Below, one piece after another: positions 25,625 to 39,200 of a stretch of 64,000 nucleotides of DNA. Source of the stretch: Azolla caroliniana (taxonomy: Eukaryota > Plantae > Polypodiophyta); contig JBHGNT010000006.1 of assembly GCA_043228905.1 (NCBI GenBank), forward strand, positions 19,220,001 through 19,284,000, read 5' to 3'. A model generated the notes under the pieces. The model searched no databases. It had not been told where the DNA came from and saw only the letters and a list, made by a program, of their open reading frames with translations. Each line of letters opens with the position of its first letter. Position 1 is the stretch's first letter. Position numbers and translations under genes: made by a program.

Positions 25625-28600
25625 CTGAATTCAGGAAGATATCACATGACTCAATAAAAATTAAGACCTTCCCATAGTTCTATTTTTAATAGAGTATAAA
25701 GCACAACAAAGCTTTTACCTTGATGATCAGTTGACTTCAACACTCCATAGCTTGGTGGCAGCCAATTATTCCGAATACAAACCTCTTGCAACTCCTGTGA
25801 GGCATTCTATGAACACTATATCCAAGTATGAGAAAGACTATTAATTTCCACTGAAAATCTTCAAAATAAACCTGCATTTTTCTTGATTTTCCCAAATACC
25901 CAGGAGTTTTTGTCTTGCTCAACCCTTGAAAGAGAGATAACTTATTGAGAAAAAGTGGGTCAATTGATAATAACATTGCTCAAACGGCACATTCAATTGC
26001 TCTTTCAGGGGTTGACCTAAGGCATTTTGGGGAAAGTTTGAAAGAAACACAGATATTTTGGAGTTCTTCCCTAGCATTCAAACACTAAAAGTATACCTGC
26101 ATCGAGTTCTTCAACATATGAAAGGGTCTATTTTTGCTGTCTTTCTGTTCTTCGTTGCTAATTACTTCAGTAGAAAGTGGGACCTCTTCATGACCTTCCT
26201 GATCTAGACAATCATCCAAAGATGACATTTGCTTATCAAACTCTACCTTGCAAATCTGAATAGCAAGTTGGAGTCCACTTCTACCCCCTGCAAATTCTCA
26301 CTGCTTATTAGAAAAAGAAGCATGGTCATAATTATTAAAAACCATTACCTTCAAATAAAAACGAACTAACCTCCAATGAGAGTCGCTAGGTTAGAATCAC
26401 ATCTCGCAATTTTTTCATGTAAGATACCTTCTTGTGAATGAAGATTTTTCTGGATAATAAAATCAGAGCTTTACAAACTTTCAAAACTTTAATTCTAATA
26501 ATTTAGTAATTTTTCCTCCTTTAAATCAATAAAAAATATGATAAGCATTACTTTCATTTCTACGGGCGATTACGTGTAGTAAAAAGTGCAAAAGAAAACA
26601 GTAGTTATAAATGATATCATCCAGATATAATATAATGAATAATGTCACTTCTTAGGCAAAATAAAACAAGTTTAATAATGCTTTGCTAACAAATTTTCCT
26701 GATTGAAAAGATTGAAACCAAGTATACCCTTCATAAAAACTGAGAGAAGGACAAGCAATAATTCAATGGAAAGAACGTGGGAAACAAATATGAAATTTGG
26801 GCGCTGACTATCTATATCGACTAGAACCTCCAAGTTAATATGGAAACAGATCGAGAAAAGAGTTAAGATGCATAGAGTTTATATTGATGTCTCTAACGAA
26901 GCCATAGAAAATAAGTTAAAAAATCAGCGCATGTGATCTCTCATCAATTCAATTTTATACAAACAATTGGTCCAGGTGATGTGTTATCTATCCAGTACCC
27001 TAATTATAATAAACGATATCAATTCAACTGTCAGATCAGCAATTACAAATTGCATTAGAAACTTTCAGGTGTCTACATTCATGAATAGAATCACTGGCCT
27101 AACATACTAATGCGCAAATTTGCAAGTAGCAATCAGGATGATAGCTTCCTACTTGCTCTTGGAACATCTATAATTTTTGGTATTTTTCGGCATAGGGACA
27201 GAAAAGGAGGAATCAAAAGAGAAGATGAAACTTTTACACACTTGAGAACCAATCTTTGCACCTTTACAAAAGAGGGTGGAAATTATGTTTTCTTTAATAG
27301 TCCTGAGATTAACAACAAAGTTTAGACGAAATCAAGAGAAGCCCCAGAAACACAAATAATCAAAAGAAGTTATTACAATCCCACATGCTTAGAGATGTAT
27401 AAATTTTCATTTGATAAAATCAGTCTCAAGAAGAGCACACACACCAGTTCCTTGCACATTGCCTTCCGTTTTTTCCAAACATTATGTAGAGCTTTGTTCA
27501 AGCTGAAAGCAGATGTCTCCTTATCCATGCAATGGTCCTCAAACCTCTTAATTGCTCTCATTGATGACTTTGGGCTATGTACATGTAAGCTAACATCAGT
27601 ATTCTCTAATTTTATTTGTTTTGGTTTCCCATCATGCTCCTGATTGCAATCACATATGTTGTCCTTATTTACTCCGAATTTCAACGGAGAGCTTCGCTTC
27701 TTGGCCTTCTCTGTTTCAGGTGCACACTGCAAAAATAAACATGTAAAAACAGCGCACACAAAGATGTCTTTAATGTATCTGAAAGGATGACAGAGGCAGC
27801 CCCACCTTTGAGACTTTATTTCTGAATGGTGCACAATCCCCTGGTAAATCATCAGTATCTTTATGTATCTGATATTCCTCTATATTTCCTGCTGGAGTCA
27901 CAGCCATAGTGACTATTTCTGCATGTATGCATGCATCATTATGTGATGTCATGTCATCAGGCAACATATGGTTGGATATTGGTCGAGGATGGCGACAAAT
28001 AAATGCATCAGGTGGCACGATGGTATCATTTAAGTTTACATTTTGTGCGGGGTTAGCTTGCTGATGCAATGTTAATTTATCCTCGTCCATTGAAGACTTC
28101 ATCTCATTCTGCGAAGAATCCATTGGAAGTCTCTGACTTTCTGAATGGAGGCAAGTTGACGAGGACTTTGTGTCCTCTTTCTTTGCTGTCTGTTTACCAT
28201 TACAAGTGTCTTGCTTCATCTCAAATTCTGAAACCATCACAGCGATAGGCTTAGATGGCAAAGTTGTAGCTTGTTCGAAACCTTCTAGCTTACAACTCCC
28301 AAGTTTCTCATCAGCATTCATTCTGCTGTATCCAATTTTTTGTTCCCTTTCCTGATGACTGGATTCGAATTAGACCACTAAACACAAGTTAAGGCTTCTA
28401 TACGAAATCTTCTTTGACCAATTTTTTAATCACATGAAGTTTTTGAAACGTGACTTTTTCAATGGAAAGATAAAATGTTCAATACAAACTTATATCTTGC
28501 TAAATGATAGATCAATTTCTAAGCAACAGGAAAAGGGGAAAACCCTGAAATACCAGATCTTTTCTCTATTTTCCCAAATGCCAAGTGCTCCTTCGGGATT

Positions 28601-30911
28601 AACCATGGGAACTTGGGAAATAAAGAAAAACCTGGGTATTTATCAGGAAAGGCACACACCTGGTTAGCCAGTTCTTTATAAATGGACAGAAAGGTCGAAG
28701 GCGAAAATAATGAACAGTAGAAGTGCTCCGAACAGCTGAGTCATCTGTTAATTCAACTAAAGGGCCATCGACCCTTTCTCCAGGACGCAAAAACAGAGAA
28801 TTTAAATCAAGAACAGTTAATTTGAAATGCAACAGATTTTCAGTCAAAATTAACAGGAGCAGCACATACTTCGACAAAGTCACAGAGAGTGGAAGCCAAG
28901 CTATACTTTCCAATTTGATTGTTGGAGAAAGATCAAATGTGCCATTACATAGCATGATATACAATTTAGTGCTGCATCCTGATTGATTCATATCATCGCC
29001 AACCAAGAAAGAATTGCCAATTTTCAAGGCATTAGTCCTGATACCTGTTCATACCCGCATTGAGAACATAGGACTAAGCTTCATTGCACAAAACAAAAAG
29101 GCAACATCCTGCATTTCAATCTAAAAACTCTACCACTCATTAAGCCTGACCCATTTCAACAAAAAAAAGAGAAACGCATACCTGTGTACTCCTGCACAGC
29201 TTTGAAGGCAAAATCTTCTTCTGAATCTGTTATTTGATCCCCTTCCGTATATTGTACACATTTTTCCTTTTCAATAAAAGTCCACACTCCCATTGTACTA
29301 GCACCCAAAGCAATCACACATTTATCAAGCCTTGAATTAAGCAGGCATACACAGATTTTAGTCACCGGAAAATTCTGCACATTGTTGTGTATATCGACCA
29401 CAACCTTGGCTGTTTCGCATGCATTTTTGACTCTTTGCTCCGTTAATGTGAGTGAGCATGGAATCCCTTCCTTTGATGTAGTAATATATCTCAACAATTT
29501 TGACCTCTCCTTAGAAGCTCTTCTACAAAGCTCTTCCCAATCCAAGTTAATGAGATTAGGGAAGTCGCGACAAAGATACCTGTTATAAAGCCACCCAATA
29601 GCCTCCATCTGAAACAAAACATTGGATCAAATGAATAAGATGTAGCATCATTAGGGTAAAAAGCAGCAAACATTATTCATCTGAACGACATAAAGCATAC
29701 TTTTGAAATCCTAAATTTCATCCTTTTAAGAGTCTAACCCACTCATTTCTTTCATCATAAATTATATGACAACATGATTGTATATCATCAGAGGCAGCTT
29801 GGCCGATGACACATGGAAAGTTACAGTGAAACTCTTAGAACAGTTGCAATGTACTCTGAAGTTGTCCTGTACGCTGCATTTACCATATCTATCACACTCA
29901 CAACTTAAACTGGTAATGGAAAGAAAGCAAACCATACAAGGCATATAAACCCCCCAAATGTTCTTGTAAAACTGCATTTTCCAGCACACTGTGTACAGTA
30001 TCTCTCACTTAGAAGACCTAAATGAGTAACACGTGATAAAAAGCAAAACAGAACAAGAAGATGGTGACGATGATGAAAGGACTTCAAACCTGCTGGGGAA
30101 TCTACAACGTTTTAAAGTGGCAGTTCTAAAGCATAGAATACATGGTGAATACTTCAGAGTATTCTAAAACTCATTCTAAACATAAAATGCGTGTTTTTTG
30201 ACAGCTATGTCTACTACCCATATCGCATAGGCGACCTGGATTTTCAATGAAGAGAAAGTAAAAATAGATGGGGAAGATAAAAGAACGTAGAAGATACTTG
30301 CAAATTTTACTATGCTTAGCATACAGACAATCTGAGATAGTAATGGAAAGACAGTAACACAGAAAAAGATGAAGGGTGAGAAATTTTCAAACCCTAAACT
30401 TGTAATAGGAAAAAGAAAAAAGCAGATGAAGATGATGAAGACGACATTAACCACCCCATGCCTGCTTGGGAAACTACATTTCTCGGTTGTGCATTTGCAA
30501 TTTCTCTGTAATCGACGCGACTTCAAAGGTGATGAAAATAAAGAATAGCAGAAGGAGAAGGAGAAGGAGAAGTTGCCATTCTCGGTACCATGTTAACCAT
30601 TTATATCGTACATGCAGACTAAGCGGGTAATGGAAAGCAAGTGAGCCAGAAGAAGAAGGGAACGAAAGAGCTCCAATGGAAGCTTTACATTATAACGGCG
30701 TCCTAAAAACAGTGGCGATGAAAAGAGAAGACGAAGGAAACCCAGAAGAAAGGAGAAACACCTGTTTGGAAACATCGGGCTCAGAAACCTTTGGGCAGGC
30801 GAAAGGGGGGAGGTTCCTCAACACAGGATCAAGGAAGGTCTTGAGGAGAGCCTCCAGGGCTTTGTCAGGGCAGAGGAAGGTCGCCATAGAAGCAGGCGAC
30901 GCAGGATTCAT
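25464..30911 (-). CDS. Intact 10-exon host gene, ~735-aa uncharacterised plant protein (At1g05950/PTHR33913-like) with C-terminal dsRBD-like region
   Basis: Exons 30911-30762, 29608-29182, 29044-28870, 28773-28660, 28358-27806, 27726-27445, 26449-26371, 26287-26097, 25794-25719 and 25624-25464. All introns are GT-AG with consistent phases, giving 2208 nt open to TGA. Motifs CPDKALEALLKTFLDP..KQ/MEAIGWLYNRY, LTLTEQRVKNAC, FPVTKICVCLL, GVWTFIEK, GPLV..STVHYFRLRPF, ELQEVCIRNNWLPPSY and AKAAKLSAA match my recollection of this family (not searched). Confidence 0.88.
25719..25794 (-). CDS. Host gene exon 9 (ELQEVCIRNNWLPPSY...)
   Basis: tcacag|GAGTTG ... CAAG|gtaaaa; dsRBD helix-1-like. Confidence 0.85.
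26097..26287 (-). CDS. Host gene exon 8
   Basis: ttgcag|GGGGTAGA ... ATGCAG|gtatac. Confidence 0.8.
26371..26449 (-). CDS. Host gene exon 7 (KNLHSQEGILHEKIARCDSNLATLIG)
   Basis: ccag|AAAAAT ... GGAG|gttagt; coiled-coil-like. Confidence 0.8.
27445..27726 (-). CDS. Host gene exon 6
   Basis: ttgcag|TGTGCA ... GAACTG|gtgtgt; 94 codons. Confidence 0.8.
27806..28358 (-). CDS. Host gene exon 5 (low-complexity linker)
   Basis: ccag|TCATCAG ... AAG|gtgggg; ORF 27770..28321. Confidence 0.75.
28660..28773 (-). CDS. Host gene exon 4 (VDGPLVEL...NWLT)
   Basis: gaaag|GGTCGAT ... ACCAG|gtgtgt; in frame with its neighbours. Confidence 0.8.
28870..29044 (-). CDS. Host gene exon 3
   Basis: gaacag|GTATCAGG ... 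TCGAA|gtatgt; phase 1 in, phase 2 out. Confidence 0.8.
29182..29608 (-). CDS. Host gene exon 2
   Basis: tttcag|ATGGAG ... ACAG|gtatgc; ORF 29156..29617. Confidence 0.9.
30762..30911 (-). CDS. Host gene exon 1 (MNPASPASMATFLCPDKALEALL...SKQ)
   Basis: ATG at 30911 (alternative at 30887); donor CAG|GTGTTT; phase 0. Confidence 0.8.
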
Positions 30912-31009
30912 GGCGATGGCGATGGCGATGGCGATCTCAGAAACAGAGAGAGAGAGAGAGAGAGAGAGGTTTTTGGCGGGGGCAGGGGAATTTTCCGTTA
31001 TTTCCAATA

Positions 31010-31157
31010 ATACCCCTGAAAGCTTTCCTTCTTTCATTTCCCATATTTCCAAAAAATACCCCTGGAGGCTTTCTTTCTTTCCTTCTTTCTTTTCCCATAT
31101 TTCCAAAACATACCCCTGGGGGCTTTCTTTCTTTCCTTCTTTCTTTCCCCCAATATG
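31010..31157. repeat. ~50-bp tandem repeat (3 copies) in the host-gene promoter/5' UTR, next to (GA)n and (GGCGAT)n microsatellites (30912-30968)
   Basis: TACCCCTG...CTTTC..TTCCCATATTTCCAAAA repeated. Confidence 0.8.
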
Positions 31158-31204
31158 TCCTTGTTGTACACGCACACACCTTGTCTATCACCCCGACTTA
31201 TTTA

Positions 31205-31448
31205 GATGCTCGATGCATTAATATATCAATTCAATGCTATATATATGCTAACAATGTTGGATGCATTAATATATCATTCAATCCTATATAATGCTTGAGG
31301 CATTAGTATATCGATTCAATAATGCTTGATGCGATAATATTTCAATTCAATGCTCTATATATGCTCGATGCGTTAATATTATCAATTCAATGCTATATAT
31401 ATGCTAATAATGCTCGATGCGTTAATATATCAATTCAATGCTACTATA
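31205..31448. repeat. AT-rich ~40-50-bp minisatellite, continuing at 54675-54731 beyond element D
   Basis: ATGCTCGATGC(A/G)TTAATAT.TCAATTCAATGCTATATAT units on both sides of D. Confidence 0.8.
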
Positions 31449-34040
31449 TGTTAAATATAATTAATGATCAGCCCCAAGTTGTAAATCTCTCGTCATATGT
31501 GCTCTTAGAGTGCACATTTTTTTATAGTGCCCCAAATGAGGAGCGACCAGTGTGCAACTCGACCATATGGATCGATAAGGTGTTAATCTAGGAAACCGTA
31601 GATGCGTAGGACACAATGGATTTAGGAAAGAGCGAAATAGGTAATAGGATTGGCTAATCAAGTCAACTAGAATATTTTGTGGGAAAGTTACGATGTACTT
31701 AAGTCTTGAAGTATATGCCATTGACTTCAAGATAAGTACTATCTAGCACTAGTCTGTATCTAGGGAATTGACAGAAAAGGACAAGTCAGTTGACAGAAAA
31801 GGAATATCTCCACTACTATCAACTGACTTGCACATTTAATGTTATACTCACACCAAACATAGAATATAATCCACTTTCTTACACCGTGGTTGGATTGATC
31901 ATCAGTCCCCACTAATTTTGTAGTGAGTTGGTCCAGATCCCATCTAAACTCTAAGGTGTGAGCGCATGGGTGAACTACCATTGTGAGTTACTCTCATATG
32001 TCATAGAAGTTTTGTTTTCATATATCCATCTCTGTGGTTGTAACTCTATATACCTATCTAATCAATTCTCAATATTTCTAACATGGTACCATAGCAGAGA
32101 GGTTGATCTAGATTAGGTATATACGGGTAGTTGTTGTCTAGTAGCACAAAGAAATAGAGAGAGAGAGAGAGAGAGAGAGTATCAATGACCTTGTCCACGA
32201 ATGTTGCAGCTGCTCCACTACGCATTTGCCCACCTCTATTGTCTGATGGAAAGCTAGATGGAACCAACTACACATGGAAGTTCAAAATGTTTGCCATTTT
32301 GGACTCCTACGAGTTGTTGGAGACAATCATGGAACCCACAGGAGACCCTGAGCCCACAGTGACCTTTGACCCTGCACACCCTACCACATCAATCCCTCCA
32401 AATGTTGATCTACTTCGAGCCTGGAAGAGAAGGAATGTTGATGCGTTGTGTACCACAGTCACTAGTGTATGTGTCTCTGTACTAACATTAGTGCAACATA
32501 CAACCAGGGCCCATGAAGCTTGGAGCATATTGGCCAGCTAGTATGAAGCCAAAAACTATACAAGGATACAAAACCTCAAAAATCAGCTTGCTGCAAAGAA
32601 GCTCGTTGATGGAGAGAAAGTAGAATCCTTTGTAAAAAGGATTACGGATCTTCAAGATTAGCTAGCGGTTGTTGGAGTAGTCGTCTCTCCAAAGGATATG
32701 GCTCGTTGGTGCATTCGAGTACTTCCTTCCAAGTATGATGGCATTGTGACAACATTGAACACTCAGGTTCGACCCACTCCTTTCAAATTTGATGAACTAA
32801 GTGCAATGTTGCTTGAAGAGGAGCTTCGACTAAAGACGAGAAGGAAGGGAAGATTCGGCATTTGTCTCTAGGACTAAGGGTAAAGGGGCATCCAATTCAA
32901 ACAATGCGAATAGGATACCAAAGAAGAAGAAGTTCAATGGATCGTGTTTCTACTGTGACAAGAAGGGTCACACAATCAAGGATTGTCAGAAGAAGATGGC
33001 GGATGAGAAGAATGGTTCTAGTAAGACTTCTTGGAGAGAGCCCACGTCCGCCAACAATGTCATAGATGAGCTTGAGTTATGGGTCGCAACTAAAGAAGTT
33101 TGTTCTTCAATTGACACTCAAGTTGTCGATGACTCTTGGATTCTCGATAGTGGAGCATCCTGACATATGACCAATAATCGTGACTGGCATAGCTCTTGGA
33201 CACCTCTACAAGAGCCCATCAATGTTGTGGTCGGGAATAATGCTCGATGTCCAGCCAAAGGAACCAAATTTGTCTCCCTCAAAGCAACGACTGATGGGAC
33301 AAAGCATCTCTCTCAAGTGTTGTACGTGCTAGATCTCAAGAAGAATCTATTGTGTATTCTTGCACTGACCGACAAGGGTCTTGATGTTCGATTCAAGAAG
33401 TCGGGTGCAGAAATAACAGATTCTGCTAGCAAGGTTGTAGGAATAGGGGTAAGGCACAACAATCTCTATGAGTTGAGCATGTTTACAATTTCTACTGACC
33501 ACAACACAAGTATTAACACAAAGCAATGGCATAAGAGATTTGGGCACCTCAACGTTGCTGTGTTGAAGGAGATGAAGAAGTCGAATATGGTAGTTCGGTT
33601 GCCAACCCTATCTGACTTAAGTCATGTTTGTGATGCTTGTATGATGGGCAAGCATCAAAGATCAGCCATTCCAAAAGAGAGTCAAAATCGGGTAAAGACT
33701 CCTCTACAACTAATACACATCGACCTCTCTGGAAAAATGGGGACTCATGCAATGGGTGGATCTCTCTACTATATGCTACTAGTCGATGACTTCAATAGAA
33801 AGATCTAGGTTTACTTCCTTCGGGAGAAGGCTGAAGCTTTTGAAATCTTCAAAAGATGGCATAAGTTTTTCGAGCGGGGGTTCAGAAAGTTAGTGAAGGA
33901 GTTACGCTTTGATCAAGGTGGAGAATTCTTATCAATAGAATTCTATGAGTATTGCAAAGAGCATGGAATTAAGCGCCAACTTACAACTGCCTACACCCCA
34001 CAACGAAATGGCGTTGTCGATGTCATGATATAGCATGGTA

Positions 34041-34105
34041 TGGCTTCAAAAAGATTTGAACCCATAACCTTGTGTCACATGGGTTGAAGCCTTACCATTA
34101 AACTA
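34041..34105 (-). promoter_or_regulatory. tRNA-derived Pol III A/B-box cassette in the E LTR, antisense (second copy 39230-39304)
   Basis: Minus strand TAGCTTAATGG-TAAAGC...AGGTC-ATG-GGTTCAAATCC, with D-stem GCTT/AAGC. Canonical tRNA spacing in the 5' LTR copy; the 3' copy has a 10-bp duplication. Confidence 0.6.
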
Positions 34106-34497
34106 TACATTGTAATACAAAAAATATTATTTCCATTTATTATTTCACTTAGAAAATCCATGCATATTCTAGATTTCTCTGGAACATTCTAGAAATATCA
34201 AGAGGACTCCTAAGCATACTATAAAAAGAGGCACATGGCATTATTGAGAACCAATTCAATTCAACGCCAGTCTTAAGCCTCCTAACTATTCTTGTATATT
34301 CTTTTCATATATATAATATATCGTTTGTTACCATCATTCTCACTCCTTCTCCCGAGAGTTCTACACCTTTTTCGCTCTTAGTACTAATTCCCTCTCTATC
34401 TTAGTACTATTCCTAACAATACATATTTTCCCCTCTTAGTACTAATCCTCATCTCTAGTACTAATTCCCTCTCCGTCTTAGTACTATTCCTGACAGT

Positions 34498-34509
34498 TTG
34501 AACCGAATT
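34498..34509 (+). promoter_or_regulatory. Self-priming-type PBS of element E
   Basis: TTGAACCGAATT is the exact reverse complement of AATTCGGTTCAA at 39452-39463, 33 nt downstream of the LTR TATA box (39419). Confidence 0.75.
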
Positions 34510-34566
34510 TGTCATCCTCTTATTCCTCCTTTCCCTTCATAATAAATCCTCTTATCCTCTTACTAA

Positions 34567-37500
34567 ATGGCAACGGTTAGCGCTCAAGAATACCAATCCG
34601 TTTTCTCGAAGCTCCAGTACTTAAAGAAAAGTTTGTAGCGCTAGAACAAGAAAATCAACGTCTATTGGGGGATCTTCAATAAGTAGCTCTAGAAAACAAC
34701 AACAACACAGGGAGTTGCCGTTACGTGTGCAACAACTTGAAGCGACTATTGTGTCATTACAACAACAAGGATCAAGCACTCAAGGGACTCCCAAAGAACC
34801 CAAGTTCGGTCTTCCTATGAAATTTGACGGGACCCGATCACAATTTAGAGGATTTCTTAATCAACTATGTTTAGTGATTCAAATGAATCCTTCTCGATAT
34901 CCCACCGATGCATCACGAGTGGGGCTAGTAGGCACCCTAGTTAGTGGCACGACTTTGGCATGGTTCGCCCCGTTGTTAGAAAAAAAGTCTCCTTTGTTAA
35001 ATAATTTTGAAGAGTTTATTAATGAGTTTAAAGCCTATTTTGGAGATACCGATCGTGTTAGGACGACGATCAACAAAATCCGAAGATTGGGTCAAGGTGA
35101 TCGGTCGACCTCAGCTTATGCTGCGGATTTCCATCTTCTCACCACCGATATTCCCTAGGATGACCAAGCATTAATGGACCAATTCCATTATGGCCTACGT
35201 AATGATGTCAAGGATTTACTCTTGACCTTCCTCGAAAAACCAAAGTCATTGATAGAAGCAATTAGTCGCGCGATACGATGCGATAACCGCATTTTCGAAC
35301 GACGTTCGGAACGTCAGTTCCAAATGCCGAGGACAAGATCGGAGTCCACTTACGCTTCAATTGTAACAAAACCTTTCCCAAGGGAGTCATTTAATGCAGC
35401 AAATACTCCCACTCCAATGGAAATCAACACCACACGTCGTCGCATAACACTATCAGAAGAGGAAAAACAACGACACCGAGCAAATCGATTATGTCTTTAT
35501 TGCGGTGGACCAGGGCATATTGCAGTGAACTGTCCCCATTGGCCGAGAAGATAGGTAAATCAAATAACCGCTAGTACTAATAGTACTAAACCTGAGTCTA
35601 TTTCTCCAGGCGTGTTTGATAGTCTTAATAGCCCAAGCCTTTCAAATAAATTTGAAATCCTTAGTCAACTAGAAGAAGAGTTAAACGATTAAGTCCAACC
35701 AAAATAGGAGTCGTTTGGTTGGACAACTCTAGATCTATGCAACCCATTAGTGGTTCCATTCCTCTAAGCAAGTTAGCAATGTTTTCCTAGCTCAAGTAAT
35801 AATTAGTACTAAAAGTATCTCTCCAGTACATGTCTTAGCACTCCTAGATTCTGGAGTTAATTCTTGCTTCATGGATAAGAATTTTTCCCAAGCTCATCAA
35901 ATATCCCTAAGAAAACTCCCTCTCCCAACCTTTGTAGTAGTCATTGATGGTTGCCTCATTGCTTCCGGAAAAATCGTAGAAGAGTTAGAGCCAATTAGTG
36001 TTGTCCTAGATAATTTGACATGTGTAGTATCATTCAATATAATTAGTAGTCCAGAACATCCCATTGTTTTGGGGCTACCATGGTTCGAGTTACACAATCC
36101 AAACATAGATTGGAGAACAAGAGAAATTCGGTATCGACAACCTCGAGAAGTTGCTCGTAAGGTTTCAACCATTTCGCTACATCAACTATGCGAAGAATGA
36201 GGCAAGGAATCAATGTTTGTATTCGCAATATCAATAAGACCTTCCAACACCACTAAAGAGGAATCCAGAGAAGTATCGTCATTATGCCGACGTGTTTGAT
36301 AAGGTACAAGCCTTCTTCCTCACCATCGATTGTATGATTGTCCCATTGATTTACAACCAGGAAAAGAGCCACCATGGCGACCGATCTACAACTTGTCACC
36401 AATCGAGCTAGAAGTCCTTCGTGCCTACATAGAGGAGAATTTGGCGAATGGGTTCATTCGACATTCGAAATCTCCCTCCGACGCACCCATTTTCTTTGTC
36501 AAGAAAAAGGATGGATCACTTCATCTTGTCGTAGATTACCGTGGCTTAAATAAGGTCACCATCAGGAATAGGTATGCACTTCCCTTTATCTCGAGTCTTT
36601 TAGAACGGGTTAATGGTGCAAAATTCTTCACAAAGATCGACTTACGAGGTGCATATAACCTCATATGGATCCGATCGGGACATGAATGGAAGACCGCTTT
36701 TCGCATCCGATACGGGCACTTCGAGTATACGGTTATGCCATTTGGTGTCACCAATGCACCAACAGTCTTCCAACACATGACAAATGATATATTCCGAGAT
36801 CTCTTGGATGTTTGTTTGATCATCTATTTGGATGATCTAGTAGTTTATTCGAAGACTCATGAAGAGCATGATTCTCATGTACTATTAGTACTAAAACGAT
36901 TTCGAGAACATGGTCTTTATGCAAAACGGGAAAATGTAGTTTTGACTGCAATCAAGTGGAATTTCTAGGCTATGTCATCTCCTCGGAAGGCATCTCCATG
37001 GATCTAGCTAAGGTCAAAACGGTGGTAGAGTGGCAGACTCCCCATTCGTTGCGAGATGTGCAATGTTGTTTAGGCTTCGCAAATTTCTACCGCAAGTTTA
37101 TTCAGGACTACTCAAACCTTATTTTGCCTCTCACACAGCTTACCAAGAAGGGGCAGTTGTTTGTTTAGTCTAAGGAAGCGGACACGACTTTTGTAAGTCT
37201 TAAGAAAGCATTTATATTAGCTCCTATTCTAGCTCATGTTTATTCGAAAAAACCGTTCATCATGGAGGCAGATGCGTCGTATTTCTCCCTTGGTAGCATT
37301 CTGTCACAACAAGGCGATGATGAAAAACTACATCCTGTGGCTTTCCACTCGCGCAAGTTTGAAGCCGCCGAAATCAACTACGAGATACATGACAAGGAGC
37401 TATTAGCAATAGTGGACTCTCTTGCACAATAGAGGCATTTTTTAGAGGGATCTTCTCATCAAATCACCATATTCAGTGATCACAAAAACCTTGCCTATTT

Positions 37501-39200
37501 CCAGAATGCTCGTGTATTAAATTGACGATAAGCTCGGTGGGTCCATTTCTTCACTCGCTTTGGCTTCAAAATTACATATCGTCTTGGGAAGCAACAAGGG
37601 AAGACAGATGTATTATCACGACACTTGTATCTAGCACCTCGTCCCGGTGATCCAACATTCGATAATCAAAAGCAAGTCATCCTGGGACCACACGACTACA
37701 ACCAACGTGGATTCCCGTATTATCGAGACCATACGTGAAGACTTAAAGGCAAATGCTTTCACTCAAGCCATTTTAGCGCAAATTGATTCCTCGCGGGCAA
37801 CCTGTTCACAGTCACAACAACCAAGTATGGACTATCGACAATTCAAAAGTCATGATGAATTACTATTCTTTAAGAAACCCTTGTATGTTCCCAACGGTTC
37901 TTGTCTCCTTTGAGTAGTCCAAAATTGTCATGATACATATACAACTGGACATTTTGGTAGAACTAAAACGTTGAATTTAGTACAACGATCATTTTGGTGG
38001 CCTCATATGCAACGATTTGTCGAAGACTATGTTCGGACATGTGATACATGTTGTAGAGCAAAGACGCCAAGACATCATCCATATGGTTTATTAGAACCAT
38101 TACCACTTCCAAGCAAGCTATGATAGTCCATTTCTCTAGATTTTATCACATATCCTCCAGTTTCAAAGGGATTCGATGCGATCTTAACAATAGTAGATCG
38201 ATATACTAAGATGACACATTTCTTGCCTTGTACTAAGGCAATCACTAGTGAAGAAACCGCTGAAGTTGTCATGCATGAGGTATTTTGGCATCATGGCCTC
38301 TCGGATAGTATCATCAGCGACCGTGGACCTCAATTCGTCTTGAAATTCTGGAAGCATCTCTTCAAAATGCTTAAGGTCACTTGTAACCTCTCCTCTAGCT
38401 ATCACCCTCAAACAGACAAACAAACAAAACGAACAAATAAAACACTGGAACAATATCTTTGGTGTTTTCTAAGCTATCAACAAGATGATTGGGTGGATGT
38501 TCTCCACTTTGCCGAATTTGCTTACAATAACTCTATCCACTCATCGACTAGGGTTACACCATTTTATGCTTATACAGGCTATCATCCTCGATGGTGTGTG
38601 CTCGAAACTCCGGAGTTACCCACAAATCCTCATGAAGAGGATCATTTGGAGCGGCTATGCAAGATACAAGTAGATCTATCTACCCATTTAAATCAAGCTC
38701 AACAAACACAGAAGGCTTATGCGAATCGTCATCGGCTTCCATCTTGTTCTGACATTGGAAATCGAGTATGCCTATTACAATGACGTATCAACACTACCTA
38801 ACCATGTGATAAATTGGATTATCGACGATTAGGTATTTTCTGTATTATTGGAAAAATTAATGATGTCACTTTTCTTCTTGATCTACCTCCGCAACTATGG
38901 ATACATCCGGTTTTTCATAGTTCTCTTCATGAACCCTATCTTGAATCGCATTACACCACCTCCACCCCCGATCGAGCTTGAAGCCGGACCGGAGTACGAA
39001 GTTGCTACCATCCTCAATTCCAAGATTGTTCGCAACAAGCTCTACTATTTGGTCGATTGGCTAGGCTATAGTCCAAGTGAGCGTACTTGGGAACTAGTCG
39101 AGAATGTGGTAAATGCTCGAGCTCTTATTGAGGACTTCCATTGCCAATATCCCGACAAGCCAGGTCCTCCATCTAAGATGGTTACGAGTCATCATAAGGG
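34567..39200 (+). pseudogene. Element E gag-PR-RT-RNase H-INT-chromodomain (degenerate)
   Basis: PMKFDGTRSQFRGFLNQ gag, CLYCGGPGHIAVNC, LLDSGVNSCF, YLDDLVVYS, EADAS..YEIHDKELLAI, ISDRGPQF, chromodomain EYEVATIL...YYLVDWLGYSPSERTWE. Confidence 0.95.

Noticed and set aside
30676-31221. 181-aa plus-strand ORF overlapping exon 1
   Set aside because: Antisense to the conserved exon and kept open by microsatellites and tandem repeats.
34041-34105. Functional tRNA gene in the E LTR
   Set aside because: Acceptor and anticodon stems do not pair; kept only as a tRNA-derived promoter-like cassette.
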